Shown here piece after piece: positions 1-13,769 of a stretch of DNA of 64,000 nt. The stretch lies in the NCBI GenBank assembly GCA_964016885.1, contig OZ024741.1, positions 221,898,001 to 221,962,000 of the forward strand. The letters are read 5' to 3'. This DNA comes from Eledone cirrhosa. Lineage: Eukaryota. Position 1 is the stretch's first letter, and the number at the start of each line of letters is the position of its first letter. A program made the position numbers and the translations under genes. Under the pieces are notes generated by a model. The model saw only the letters and a program-made list of their open reading frames with translations. It searched no databases and was not told where the DNA came from.

Positions 1-2337
1 GGCGACCTAAATGGTCATGTTGGACAACACTGACGGTTATGACGGAATCCATGGAGGCTATGGGTTTGGTACTAGAAATGAGGAAGGCTTCAGAATCCTG
101 GAATTCTGTGATGCTAATAACCTAACTATCTGTAACACAAACTTCAAAAAACGAGACAATCACTTGATCACCTTTAGATCAGGGGAACACGCCAGTCAGA
201 TAGATTATATCCTTACCAGAAGACGTGATAGAGTGTCTGTCGTAAACACTAAAATCCCTCCCCCGTGAAGAATGCACCTCCTAACATAGCCTCATAATCA
301 GCGACCTCATAGTCAGGACTAGACGTACTCGACAACAGAGGAAGACTACCCTGAGGAGAAGAATATGGAAGTTAAAGGACTCCACAATCAGTAACAAATT
401 TAAAAGCATATTGATGCTTTTGACAGTAAGGAAGAGTAATTAGAGACGTATAATATAGAGGAACAATAGAAATTCCTGAAAGTTAACCTGCTGAAGGTGA
501 CAGATGAAATATGTGGCTGGAGCAGACCTATAGGCAGGAGGAGAGTAACTTGGTGGTGGAATAGTAAGGTGGAGGAGTCAATCAAGGCCGAAAAACAGGC
601 TCGGAAAGTATGGCGGGATGGGGAAGTAGAGAAGACTATCAAGTGGCCAGGAGGGAAGCTAGGAGACAAGTGTACTTTGCAAGAAGGGAAGAAGAGGAAA
701 GAAAGTTCAAGAATGTTCTACAATGCAAGGACCAAAAACGTGAGGTGTTCAGGATTGCAAGACAATGTGTCAAGGAAAACTATGATATTGTCAGGGAGAA
801 GTGTGTCAGTAATGATAACGGTGTACTTGCCATCACTGACGCTGATAAGAAGGTAGCTTGGAAGTGTCACTACGAGAGGCTACTAAATGAGGAGAATAAA
901 TGGGAAAAAGATAGTCTGCCCCACATCGATCCAATAGAGGGAACAGCAGTGCAAGTTGAAGGTAGTATAATAAGTAAGGCAATCAAAAATATGAAGACAG
1001 GCAAGGCAGTTGGGCCTTCGGAGATAGTTGCTGAAATGCTGAAAGCATCTGGAATGGTGGGACACACTATGGTCACCCGGATAGTAAACCAAGTCATACA
1101 GAACAGGGTCGTACCAAATGACTGGCGTAGCATCATCATCATTAACTGCTACAAGGGTAAAGGAGATGCCCTAGATAGGGTAAACTATAGAGGCATTAAG
1201 TTGATTGACCAGGTCATGATTTCACAGAAAGAGTTATAGCGCAACTAATCAGAGAGCGAAATGAAATGCAGTTTGGGTTTGTGTCAGGTAAAAATACCAC
1301 AGACGCTCTTTTCCTTGTACGACAACTACAGGAGAAGTACCTAGCTAAAATAAACCCCTATACTTAGCTTTTGTTGACTTGGAGAAAGCCTTTGACAGAG
1401 TCCCCCGCTCCATTATCTGGTGGGCTCTTAGAAAACTAGGTGTAGTTGAATGGCTTCTGAGAGCTATACAAGCCATGTATAAAGAAACAGTCAGTAAGGT
1501 TAGAATTAACAATGAATATTGTGAAGAGTTTAGTGTAAAAGTTGGTGTTCATCAAGGCCCTGTCCTTTTTATTGTCCTTCAGGCTATAACAGAGGAGTTC
1601 AAGACCGGCTGCCCATGGGAACTTCTAAACGCAGATGATCTAACGCTCATAGATGAATCTATGGCTGAACTAGAGAAGAAATTCCAAACATGGAAGCATG
1701 GCCTAGAATCAAAAGGCCTTAAAGTTAACGTGTCTAAGACTAAAGTTCTAGTATGTAGAAAGGAAAATAGGGTACATGTACCCTCTGGCAAATGGCCATG
1801 CTCAGTGTGTAGGAAAGGAGTAGACAGAAATTCCATATTATGTCCCAAATTATGGGTACATAAAAGATGTAGTGGGATCACAGGTAAACTATCTAAGAAC
1901 GTAGATTTTATATGTGGTCGATGCTCAGGTGCAATAAGTAGCAAGTGCCCACAGATGGTTCTATAGAAATAGTGGACACCTTCCGTTACCTGGGTGACAA
2001 AATCAGCAGTGGTGGAGGGTGTTCTGAAAGAACAGTAGTCAGAGTCAGAACAGGATGGAAAAAGTTCAGAGAGCTTATACCACTATTGGCCGCTAAAGGT
2101 TTCTCTCTAAAAATGAAAGGCAGGCTGTATGATGCCTGTATATGAACAGCAATGTTACATGGCAGTGAGACCTGGGCATTGTGTGCAGAGGATCTGCGCA
2201 GACTGGAGAGGAACGAAGCATCCATGCTCCGTTGGATGTGTAATAGTAATATACGTGAATGGCAAAGCATAAATGAACTGAGAAATTAGGGATAAGAGGG
2301 ATCAGATGCTGTTTACTCGAAAGAAGACTACGTTGGT
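1..2337 (+). mobile_element. Decayed RTE-clade LINE (APE endonuclease end, RT, PHD-like Cys/His finger), many frameshifts
   Basis: Frames give HGGYGFGTRNEEGFRILEFC..NTNFKK..SQIDYIL (APE), YKGKGDALDRVNYRGIKL, QFGF, DLEKAFDRVPR, VGVHQG, ELLNADDL and RVRTGWKKFREL. The element runs off the window's 5' edge and breaks off at RRLRW. Confidence 0.95.
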
Positions 2338-3405
2338 AGGGGTGGTGGTGGGTGGATGGAGGGGACAGAGAGGAGAAAGAGACAGGGAGTCCGAAAGGTG
2401 GTGTGTGTAGGTGTACGTGTGTGTGTGTATGTGTGGATGTGAGTGTGAGAGTTTGGGGAAGAATGAGGTTCCATGTTCGGGTATTAGGAAAACCAGTGTG
2501 TACATGGGGTGGGGTGTAAGTTTGTGTGTCTGTGTGTGTGTGTGTGTGTGGATGGTGTGTGTGACCTGTGGTGTAGAATCCGTGGGATGGTGTAGAGGAA
2601 GTAGAGAGTTGTGGGGTGCGCGTGTAACAGGAAGTGGTCAAGGCAGGGGTGGAGAAGGCAGGGCAAAGGATGCAAGAGAGAGAGGGAGAGGAGATAGCAG
2701 TTAGAAGGATGGCAGACACGTGAGTGGTAGGGATGTTCTATATGTGTGTGTCTGTACGGAGGTGCGGTGGACAGGAGAGGAGGTGGGTTAGTGTGAAAAG
2801 TTGAGGAAGAGGGTGGCGGTGTGTGTGAGGGGTTGTGTATATATTAGTGAGGTGTTAGAAGGATGCGTGTGTGTGTGTGGGGTGGGGGTGGGGGGTTAGT
2901 ACGGGGGTGGGGGTGCTGGGACAGTATGAGTGAGTGTAATGTACTGGTGTGTGTAGTAGTATTATTAGTGGTGGAGGGGTTGAATACGGGTGTGTGGAGT
3001 GGGTGGTGTGTACGTGGGTGTGGGTAAGTGTATGTATGCTGGTGTGTGTGTGTGTGGTGAGGGGGAAGGTGGGTTGGGGGGATGTTTAGTATTATTAGTG
3101 GTAGGATGTGTGGGTGAGGGTTAGTGGTGGTAGTAAGGGGTGTGAATAGTGTGTGTGTACGTGTTGAGGGTGTGGGTGCGCGTCATAGGGGGGGGGGTTG
3201 TTAGTATTATTAGTTGTGGGGTGGTTGGCAGTGGAGGGGACGGTGAATCTTGGGAGTGTTTTAGTGGTGTGTAGGGGAGGGGGAGGGTCGAAGGCTAAAG
3301 GATGAGGGGTGGGGAGTTCAGGCCGTGGGGGGGGGGGGGGCTGTAGGAAGAAGATGGTGTGTTGTTTGGCCCTAAGGCAGGTTGCGGAGGGAGGGTCCCA
3401 TGGCA
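2338..3405. repeat. G/T-rich low-complexity tract (degenerate (GT)n and G-runs)
   Basis: Abrupt change to GTGT/GGGG/GAGA sequence with no coherent reading frame. Confidence 0.8.
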
Positions 3406-3967
3406 TATATATATATTTGAATGTGTTTGATTTACTTCATACTTTTTATTCTAAAAATATTTTCGCCTCTATTAATATAGTTTAAGTTATGTTTCTTTGT
3501 GACTTGACCTCTTTCTAGTTATTGATTTTTTATTGCTGAATTCTTCTTCTTCTTTAGTTGCAGACTGCGCATCAACATGAGATATTCTTCTCCACACAGT
3601 TTGATCACCAACAGCAGAGTTTAAAGAGCAAAGGTCAAGTCTGGTCCATAAGTTGACATTATCAAGCCAGCGTTTTGGCTAACCCTTGCTTCCCTTACAG
3701 GCTAATGAAAACATATGCTCAAGTATATATATATATATATAATACATACACAAACATTAACACACTTACATACACATGCACACATATATATACACCCATA
3801 CGCATGCAGACATATACACATTTTCATAATTCCTAACATACAGACTCATATATGCTTATACAAATACATGCATACATACATAAGAGTTATGCATACAAAT
3901 ATACATACATAAAACAAAATTTCTTTTTGCTAACATAGTGGATATGTAAATGCATTCGTGAGTGAAT

Positions 3968-4153
3968 AATAATTGTTTCTACTTTAGGCACAAGACCAGT
4001 AATTACCCAGTGCATTACTGGTACTTTATTTTATCGACCCCGTAAGGATGAAAGGCAAAGTCAACCTCGGCGGAATTTGAACTCAGATCGTAAAGGGACG
4101 TAACTATGCTGGAAAGCATGGCGTCCGACCTTCTACCGAAACTGCCAATCTAC
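3968..4153 (-). mobile_element. tRNA-derived SINE family 2
   Basis: Minus strand has an A-box-like TGGCAGTTTCGG, a B-box GTTCAAATTCC, then GACTTTGCCTTTCATCCTTACGGGGTCGATAAAATAAAGTACCAG. Near-identical copies at 27010-27190, 30639-30820 and 62005-62342. Confidence 0.85.
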
Positions 4154-5332
4154 CGTGAGTGAATAATAATATTATATCATTAATATTCAATTCGTTTGCA
4201 AGCAAACAGCCTCATAATGCCATGTGTTTTCTACATGACAAACATCATCCTTTTGTTCCAGTGGTAGCAGAGAGAAAAATAATCTGCAATTGTTTTGGGG
4301 TTATTGCCCCTTATCAAGATTGTGTATTTCACACTGGAACTCTTGAGAATATATAGTATTCTCTCAAGTATACATTGGCTGATTAGCCTAATTTGCATAC
4401 CAAGCAAACAGCCTCATAACGCCATGTGTTTTCTAGATGACTAATGTCATCCTTTTGTTCCAGCAGTAGCAAAAAGCATTGAATTCTTCCCATTATTCTA
4501 CAAATTCTAATATACTCGATATTCAAGATAACCTTGTTTATATTTTATCACAGCTATTGTAGTTTTCTATTTCGGATGGATACCATGCCTGAGGTTTGTT
4601 GGCTATTTCTTCCCCCTTGTGTCATTCTCTCTCTCTCCTGCTCTTCCCTTATCCCTTCACTTACTCCCACTTCCACACACAAGCCTTCATTGTTGCCTTT
4701 TCTTACAAGGATCTGAGGCCACTGAGGAGTAAGTGGCTTCAATTAAGTATTGTCCAACTCAGGCCAGTGAAGAAGAATAGATGTTAAGTGATGATGATGA
4801 ATACAAAATTATGTTTCTCAACAGATTCTTAATTGAGAGGCATCCAACATTTTAGGTACCGCACACAAATTTCACTGCCAGAGATACAATCATTTTGTCA
4901 TTATCTTCATATTTCATTCTTTCCACTAATTTCAACAGCATAAATATTGGATATTACAAATGTTTACTTACTACTATAACAATGTACTAGTGAGCTTCTA
5001 TAACTATTTACTCATTAATTAATATAACTATGCAGGGGTTAGTTACTAAAATACGAGAGAATCACACAGAAATAACAGCACTTAATTATTATTATGATGT
5101 TTAGCAATACTCTGCTGACTGTATCTAAGCCACTATGTGCTGTCTAGCACATGTTTTGGTTTCTCTCACCATGTGCATTTTTCCAGTTGTCTAAAATTTC
5201 TTTAGAAGTGTTGACTGTATCTTCTTTACACTTGTTGACGAGCCATGAGAAGGTATGGTATCAACACTATGGCGAAATATTCTCTTCTTTGAGATTGTCC
5301 AGTCCAGGTGTTTTATAGTTATAAAGGTGGGT

Positions 5333-5665
5333 TTCATTTTCATTTTTTACGTCCGCTTTTCCCTGCTTGCAAGGGTGGGATGGGAACTGATTTTGGCTTG
5401 ATTTCTACAGCTAGATGACCTTCCTAACACCAACCTCATTTACAGTGAGTGCTGGGTGCTTTTTTGCCGTGGCACCTCCACGACCACTTTGCAGTGGAAT
5501 GATAGGGACCTCAGTCCTATCATCTCATTTCTACAGCTGAGTAAACTGGAGCAATGTGAAATAAAGTGTCTTGCTCAAGGAAACACACATCACCCGGTCT
5601 GAGATTTGAACTCACAACCTTTCGATTGCAAGGCCAATGCTCTAACCACTAAGTCATGTGCCTCC
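5333..5665 (-). mobile_element. tRNA-derived CORE-like SINE family 1 with RTE-derived 3' tail
   Basis: Head GGAGGCACATG(A/G)CTTAGTGGTTAG...GAGTTCAA, body CCTTGAGCAAGACACTTTATTTCAC, tail GCAAGCAGGGAAAAGCGGACGTAAAA. Matches the copies at 14333, 32963 and 55714. Confidence 0.9.
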
Positions 5666-6960
5666 ATTTTAATTTACCTTTTAATTATTTTGTATTTTCC
5701 ACACTTTTCATAGACTTTATATTCTTCACTCTAGTGGTTCTTTACCCCTCATAATTAAAAACATATGACTTTTTGTGTTTTCTTCTCTATATGCTGTATT
5801 ATATATATATGTGTGTATATATATTATAGATGCTGTATCTGATGTAGTATAAGCACACCATACCCTTGCATGTATGTTGTAAGAAGTGATTAATATATAC
5901 ATTTTATAGATGCTGTGTGAATCTGATTTAAAACAGATACACCATATACTTGCATATTGTATGACTAATAGGGAAGGGCATCTGGTCATAAAACATTGCA
6001 TGATGAGTACAAAATCCTTTATAGAGTAAAATTTGCAATATTGGATGTTCTGGTGAATTTAATTTCAATTCTATTTTGTTCTCAATGACACCATATTGAA
6101 TTGCTAGAGATGAGTATTCCAGGTGGTATTAACATTAAATTACAGGAAAACCTCAAGTTAGTGATGAAACACTTAACTCTTTTGATACCACATTGGTTCT
6201 ATAATACAAAATTCTTTATATTAAAGTGTGTATATTTATCTAAAAATTATAATTTTATGTAAGAACCTTTATGTTCCAAACATTAACTTAGTAATGAGAA
6301 AGTTAAATATATCACTGCCGTATCTACCTGAGTAATAGACAATCTCATGTAAAAGATGACCAAAAAGTCTGGAATTTTCCATAGACCTTGTATAAAAGTC
6401 GACCGTAGTGTTTCACAGATAATAGGTCAACATTTGTGGGCCAAAGTATCATCTTGTCCGTAGAAATAACACTGTTACAAAATCATCATAAATTTAAGGC
6501 AAATTTATATTATTGCAAATACATGTCTGAAACTAAAAATTTACCCAAACGTGTGCCTACCTTACTGTAGCCTGCCCTATAGCTGGAATGCTTAGTGCTT
6601 ATAGTAAAACACCACATACTACCAAGCACTACACATGTTGATGGGTGCTATGTCGCATTACTAAATTGTATGTACAAGATGTGCTGCAATCCTGCAACTT
6701 TTATATTTTCCTTGTTTCCAAACACAATAAACACATGCATCAACATTCATTTCATTGGCCATGTGCATGGTATTGCAGTAGGTATACTGCAATACCATGC
6801 ACATGGCCATGATAGGGTTAAGGTAAATTAAAACATGACAAGCATAATTTATAGAAAACTACAGAAATTATTAGCTGTTTTCTCTCTTCTCAGAGAAAAT
6901 AGATTTATATCTAAGTTGTAAGCTTCCCACTTCTCATCTTGGCTTTAGCAGGGTGACTTA

Positions 6961-7300
6961 TGAGGGTGGGCTAAAAAGTTCATAGGCTGACTATGAAGGA
7001 GTGATGCTAAAGCTATGAAATCTTGCATGCATTAATTTCAACTTTTTATTAATAACTGATTGATTAAAAAAAGACTTCAAAAGTAATTGGTAGCAATTTT
7101 TCTTGAAAATGGACAAAATTTGGCATCTTGGTGTTATAAAGTACCTGCAGAAAAAGGGTTTAGCCCCCAAGGTCATTCATGCTGACATGGTTGCTACATT
7201 AGAGTAAGAAGCTCCAGCTTTATCAACAGTGCAAAAGTGGGCAGCTGAATTTAGGAGGGAAAGGGAGTGTCTTGAAAATGATCCAAAATCTGGATATCCT
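6961..7300 (+). mobile_element. 5' fragment of a mariner transposon
   Basis: TA followed by TIR-like TGAGGGTGGGCTAAAAAGTTC. From 7109 it reads MDKIWHLGVIKYLQKKGLAPKVIHADMVATL*..LSTVQKWAAEFRR..ENDPKSG (mariner N-terminal HTH) and is then truncated. Confidence 0.85.
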
Positions 7301-7779
7301 CCCATGAACAGTCACAATCAAGGCTGCCAAAACTTTTTTCTCAATAGTACCAAAATACACCAAATCCAATTACCCACATCCTAACACTCCACCCTTCCCC
7401 AGCTAAGTGCCTCATCATAGACCTACCTACCTCGCCAATCCTCACCCTACATACATGCACCTCCCCCATCCCACACTGTAGTCATTTTTGTGACACAACA
7501 AAAAGCATCCAGTCTACACTAAACTGGTCGCATTAGCAACACGACAAAAAGTTCCCAGTCCACACTAAAATGGCTGTGTTGGTACCATGACAAAAAGTGT
7601 CCAGTCCACACTGTAAAGTGGTTGTTTTATTGCCACAATAAAAAGTACCCAGGACACGCTGTAAATGTGGTTCATATTAGGAAGTGCATCCAGCTGAAGA
7701 AACCAAGCCAGAAACAGTTTCCATGCTAGCGGGGAAAAATGGACATTAAATAGTGATGATGTTAATGAAATCCCACAAA

Positions 7780-8916
7780 TGTCTTCTGCTATACTTTTCT
7801 TGCAGTTTGTGCCAAAGTTGCTGTTATGGATGCCACTTAGTGTAGCAGAGACTGATCTTAGTAGGGCATTTCATGTTTGTTTTTAAAGCATTATGATTTT
7901 TGTTGAGAAAGAACAAGACTCTTTCTGCAACTGCTGAAGAATGTGGCAACAGAAGAGGTTGCATCATGAACTTAGTAACAAGTAGCGATATATGCCACCA
8001 CATTTTTCTTGATCCAAAATAGTAATGGGTAGGTTGTGCTCAGCAATAAATCTGCTTAGTTTCAGCTCAGCTGATGCTATTTTAAGTGAGCAGAACATTG
8101 AGCAGGATTTATGAAATCTGTTGCCTTCGATGTTTGTTTCACTACTTTCACATTTTATTTTGGTATTTTTCTATCTCTTCATGCCTTACTATTTGACTTA
8201 AGCTACCAGCTATCTCACAATTACGCAATTTACAGTAGCCTTTACTTGCATTCTTTTTACTCAATTCCAACCATGATAAAAACTTCTCACCATTTAATAA
8301 TTTTGATGGAACTCTTCCATAGAAATTGGATTTCAGTTTTTTCTTCTTCTGAGTGTCATTTTCGTCACTATCAGAATGATATTCTATATTCACTTTTTTT
8401 CCACTCATGATGGGTTCAAAATGTTTCTCAAAAAAGCAAAACAGTTCAGATATTGAAAGATGACACCACCAAAGTACACTGTGGCATGACTACTTAAATT
8501 GAACAGTTGTCTTCCAAAAATTTGTCTTAATCTATTTATATTTAGATGTCCTTGCATATTGCCAGTGGAATCTATTCAAGTAAAATGTCCACTGATTGAT
8601 TGTGAGTGAATAGTGTATTGTCATTGGATACCAGGACAATACAGTAAATGGTTGGCTACCGATTTGAAATAATACGCAGAAGAGTATTGATGTCAAGTGA
8701 GATCTGATGGGTAAATATATTTAATGAATAGCTTCTCGACGTAAAAGTTGTTATAGCTGATGAATGGTAAATCATTAAATGATTTTAGAATATCATCAAT
8801 TAAGCCAAAATTCATAAAGCAAGTACAATCTCTAAGATGTACCAAATGTACAGAAAAGTCAAATTAAGGGCGAATACTACCAAATTTGTACAATCATACC
8901 AACTTTGGCAACACTG
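7780..8916 (-). mobile_element. hAT-like DNA transposon 5' fragment (BED-like finger remnant)
   Basis: Terminus CAGTGTTGCCAAAG at 8916. Frames read SWLE..GYCKL..IVRHE and ASAELKLSRFIAEHNLPITILD, which resemble hAT transposase N-termini. Confidence 0.65.
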
Positions 8917-9109
8917 CTCACAACATGCTTGATATTTTAAGGTCACTTCATGTGTTACTAACAATACTGAAGTCAGATATTGAAAAACCTGTCAGTTTTT
9001 ATCAAATACGGGACACTGAATTAGATGTTAATCATAACAATAGTTCTTGTTTCTAAGATATGTTTTTTAACTCTTAACAACCTGTAATGATTTAGAAAAT
9101 ATCTAAAAA

Positions 9110-9660
9110 TGGGTCTGTTAAGAATTGTAGGAGCTGATGCAGTAATGCGCCAGCTTCAGCATTCAGTAATCAGAAGGGAGGTAAATGTAAAAGCCAAACT
9201 TGCTATCTTTAATTTGGTATTCGTGCCAAACAGTATCTATGGTCATGAATCTTGGGTAATGACCGAAAGAATACAAACTCAAATATAAGTGGCCAAAATG
9301 GGGTTCCTCTTATGGGTCTTTGGAGTAACATTACTTGATAGAGTGCGAGCTTGGGAATCAGAGAGTTGCTCCAGGTAGGGCTGCTTCTCTGAATTGAGAG
9401 ATCACAGCTTCAATACTATGGGCATGTGGTTAGAATATCTCAGGAAAGAATCACTGGACAGATTTTACAGGCAAAACTAACCAGCAAGAGACCCAGAGGT
9501 AGACCCCGAGCAAGATGGTTGGATCACATCCTTGATCTTGGCTAGTCTTGCTTGGGGATCCAGCTGGATTAGATGGAAATGGTTACTTCTGATAGGACCC
9601 ATTGGAAGGAGTGTTTGAGGACTCTACTTCCCTGACCGTCTCAGGAATAAGTGGGCGAAG
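9110..9660 (+). mobile_element. 3' fragment of a second RTE LINE family
   Basis: YGHESWVMTER..MGFL..GVTLLDRV, IERSQLQYYGHVVR and KRPRGRPRARWLD motifs, with frameshifts. Confidence 0.8.
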
Positions 9661-10680
9661 AATTTGAATATTTGTAGCATTTTTACTGATAGACAAATCA
9701 TTGTGAAGATTTGCAGTATTAAAGTAAAGACTAATATTTAACGCGTAACCAGACCCAACTGTCTTTACGGGACAGTTACAGGAATTTTCAAACAATATGT
9801 TTGCAGGCAGTGCCCTTTCTACTGTGGTTAGTGATTTGTAACTGGAAAAGAATTTGGTTTTCTTACAAGAGGTATTTAATATTTTACAATAACACAATTG
9901 TGCTGCTACCACAATAAAAAAAAAAATGCAACCTCTGTAAGGTTGTTGGCATTAGGAATGACATCTAACCATAGAAACTATGCTAAATATGGAATGCATG
10001 AACAAGATGAGTCACTCTGATCCATCTGCTTGAAAACTGTGACAGCCCATTTAACCTATGTCAGCATGGAAAGCAGATATAAAATTGATGATGATGAAAA
10101 ATGAATCTAATAAGAGAACCAAAAAATATTTTAAGTTTTAAAAGGCTAGAAACCACAACAGCCATATTTAGTTTTCCAAAGTTGCTAATATCATCATCCT
10201 TTTAGGTTTGTTTCCATCCTGGTATGGATTGGATGGGGTTGTAAGTCAGATAGTAGAAAAGTTGAAGAGACCTTATCTTGTTCATATGCTCCATATTTGG
10301 CATGGTTTCTACTACTGGATGCCCTTCCTAATGCCAACCACCTTAGTGTATTGGACATGTTTTTTCATGGCATTTGACTAACACATTACAGAGTGGGCTA
10401 GGTGCATTTTATAATAACACCAACAGTACCACTTTACAAAGCGTACTGGCTGAATTTATTGTGGCACCAGTGCTAGAGAGACTGGAGAGACCCCTCTACC
10501 CAATTTTGTCTGTTTGATTGCCAATCATTAAAGCATATCAGGTGTACTCCATAGTGCCAACACTAATGACGGCAAGTATACATTTTTTTGTAGTGGTTTT
10601 ACTTCTCTCAATATTGACCAAAGTATCAAATTTATGGAATCAAAAATCAAAATACAAGACTGTCAGAAAAGAATAAAAAT

Positions 10681-10696
10681 TTTATTACCATTTATT
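10681..10696 (-). promoter_or_regulatory. Candidate HPRT polyadenylation signals
   Basis: Two AATAAA hexamers on the minus strand (plus-strand TTTATT at 10681 and 10691), about 670 nt past the stop codon. Other candidates exist in this AT-rich DNA. Confidence 0.3.
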
Positions 10697-11359
10697 TCAA
10701 CAGAGTGTCTTAGCAAGAATATGTTTTGCTGATTTTATTTCAAGTATTCTCTGAAACTACAACAACTTGGCTTCAATTTCCATCATATACCCTGTCTACT
10801 ACAATCTATTGTGCAATCTACAACTCAAGGAAGACATCTCATTACATTATTATTATGATTAACTATTATAAATAATGATCTCTTTAGTCATTGCAAGATG
10901 AATAATAAATATCAAACTAAGAAAAACAAACACTTGTGCAGTTTCCATTAAATGAGCATATCTACTCAAAATATTTTTTTGTTTGAATCACATGATAAAA
11001 AAAAATTGATATATGAAGAAAATTAATTTAATGGATGACAAAATATTTTACAATCTAATTTTTGACTGGTCACAATTGTTTGTTTAACTAAAGAATGTAG
11101 CAATGAGAAGCTAAACAAGATGAGGAGTTGAAACCATCACTTAGGTGTAATTTGATAAAATACAAGTACATAGATATTTTAAAAAAATTATGAAAAAGAA
11201 TTTTAAATAAAATTAATAATGTAATTGTAAAAATAAAATTTTAATACCTTTCATATTTTTTATTTTGTTTTGTTATTTTAACTAGTAGTTAAATTTCATT
11301 TGGCCAAAAAAAAAAATCCAAGATTTATTTCACATGTGAGACTAGAAACTGCCACATTC

Positions 11360-11413
11360 TTACGACGCTACAGCATACTTCTTCTTTCCATTGTCATTAA
11401 TCACACAAATATG
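11360..11413 (-). CDS. HPRT1: HPRT coding exon 8 (last): HICVINDNGKKKYAVAS*
   Basis: Acceptor tttgtag, phase 0, TAA at 11362-11360. Matches the human C-terminus HVCVISETGKAKYKA. Confidence 0.95.
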   Translation of the reverse strand, partial: HICVINDNGKKKYAVAS

Positions 11414-11536
11414 CTACAAATAGAAAATAGTATATATATATATATTCTAAATATAAAGCATTGGTTTGACATGAAATTCTTAGATGTAGGAATCCCAAAC
11501 ATAGAAAATAACTATAGCCAGTCAATTGCTTTAGAC

Positions 11537-11844
11537 CAGAGGTTCTCAAGTGGGTGCAACTGCTCCCTGGAGAACACTGGGGCCTAAGGGGGCTGTGGGC
11601 TGTCTGGAGAGATGATATAATAGTATATTAAATATCAAATGATACGTACTATATATATAGTAAAATATAAAATATATAATATTTATTTATTTATACATAG
11701 TATATATTGTTATTTATTATGTATTATTTACAATTTGGATGTAGGCAGGTCTCTCTGGAAATGGAGGTGGAATGGGGGAGTAGAGGGTATCATGTGGTCG
11801 TGAGGGGGGGCGAGGCGGTGGCCCCAAAAGTTTGAGAAACTCTG
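11537..11844. mobile_element. hAT (Charlie-like) MITE, 308 bp
   Basis: TIRs CAGAGGTTCTCAA and CAGAGTTTCTCAA. Perfect 8-bp TSD CTTTAGAC at 11529-11536 and 11845-11852. Confidence 0.9.
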
Positions 11845-12522
11845 CTTTAGACAATAGTTTAGGAAATGGGGTAAAGTACCCATCATCATCAACATTTTAA
11901 CAGCCACTTTTCCATGCTTGTATGAGTCCTTTTCAGCACAGCATCTCTTTCACAAACCATTCTACACCTAATTTCCTTAAGGACCACCAGATATACAGAA
12001 AAAACAAAGCTGGTTACTTTTTTTCCATCTATATAGTTACTTAACATGATTTTTCTAGGCTATTGCCTATATCAATTGACTGTAGTTAGTTATTTTCTGT
12101 TTGGGATTCCTACATCTTCTAAGAATACACACCCACACATATAATGTTTATTTGTATAATATGTAAAATATATAGTTATACAAGAAACCACATAATATGG
12201 TTATTGCAGCCTGATGACATCTGTTGCCTCCATACCAATAATTGGTATAAGTTTGATTGTTATGCTGAGAATGTTTGGGTTGGTTCCGAAGAGCATAAAG
12301 ACTAATAGTTAATGTGATAGTCATAATGCCGTTTTGTATTTTTCAAGAATATCTTGCTCATGTGGTTTCATGTAGTTTGTTAATTCTTGTTGTTTATATT
12401 ATCTTTACTAGTCAATCGATCATTGTGAAAATTTGCAGTATTAAAGTAAAGATTTGAATATTTAATGTAATGCAAAATTTAAATGAGTGAACTATGAATG
12501 AAGTAAAGATAAAGATACTTAC

Positions 12523-12599
12523 ACTTAGATCTCTAAAATGCTCGTTATAATCAAGAGCATATCCAACTACAAACTCATCTGGGATTTCAAAGCCTGAAA
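12523..12599 (-). CDS. HPRT1: HPRT coding exon 7: (F)[25 protein letters not shown]
   Basis: 77 bp, cag/gtaagt boundaries, contains the GYALDYNE motif. Same length as human exon 8. Confidence 0.98.
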
Positions 12600-13530
12600 C
12601 TGTAAGAGAATTAATTACAAATAAATATAGATTCTAAGACTAGAATTTTTCACATGAATCTGATACATTACAGACTACAGATAAACTAATATAGGAAATA
12701 GAAAAATTATAGACTCTTCATGATTTAAAGATCATCTTACCTGCTAGCAATCTTCACAAACCATGTCTATACCAATAGTCATTACCAACACTTACCACCC
12801 TTGAAGCCCTTGAAGTCCCAAATTTCATTTAATGCCTTATCTAGTTTTTTTTTAAAATCTAATGAAACATTTCTCATTCCTAAATTAAAGGAAAGGAGTG
12901 GAATGTCAGATCAAACCAAAGAATGTTTCCATTTAGCATTTACATTACTCTATATTTATTATTGTATTTTCATGATGTTATTGTTTATTTTAAGAACAAT
13001 ATCTTAACGTCGGTGTGAGCTGCTGATTACGGCCGGTTTCAAAAAGGGGAAACGATTCTGGCTGGATACAGCTGGTTTAAATGCTAAAGGGTTAAGTATA
13101 TATATAAATTTTAAGGACAGGAGTTGATTATCAAATCAAACCAAGGCTACTATGTTTTCATTGCTATTACTGTATATTGGTTGCAACACCTGGCAAGAAG
13201 GAGGTGGGATTTGAACTCAGAACACACAGAGCGGATGAGATACCACAAACATCCTATCTGACTCTTTAACAATTCAACCAATCCTCTACCTCTGGACAAG
13301 TACTTTATTAACCCTGAAAGTATGAAAGGCAAAGTTAACCTTCGGGGAATTTGAGTAAAGAACTGAAACAAATATCGATGCTCTAATAACTTTGCCAATT
13401 AGCCAACTAGCCAACAATTACTCAGTTAACCATCCTAAATCTTTTCCGACTATGAATTTAGAATAAAGACCAATTCAGAAGCCATAAAAACATAGTTAGA
13501 AAAGAGTTAATGTGAACGTGAAGTACTTAC

Positions 13531-13577
13531 AATCAGGTTTATATCCACAATTACGTGCACTGCGTTTCACCAACAGG
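13531..13577 (-). CDS. HPRT1: HPRT coding exon 6: (S)LLVKRSARNCGYKPD(F)
   Basis: 47 bp, cag/gtaagt boundaries, LLVKR..GYKPD motif. Same length as human exon 7. Confidence 0.98.
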
Positions 13578-13769
13578 CTGCAAATATTTCATAACACAAT
13601 TGTTAGGATTAACTAGATAAACATTGCAGAAACAGCAAAGAAAATCACAACATAATACAACAAATATTTTACTAGGTGCCTTTTGTCGTGATGTCTACAC
13701 AACCTCAATAACATGGAGTGGTGATACACAAAAGAATGGCAGTGAAAGGTTACACACAGAAGAGTGACA

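Noticed and set aside
3558-3705. Possible plus-strand terminal exon after a pyrimidine tract and AG
   Set aside because: All three frames stop within about 32 codons, with no recognisable protein and no partner exon in the window.
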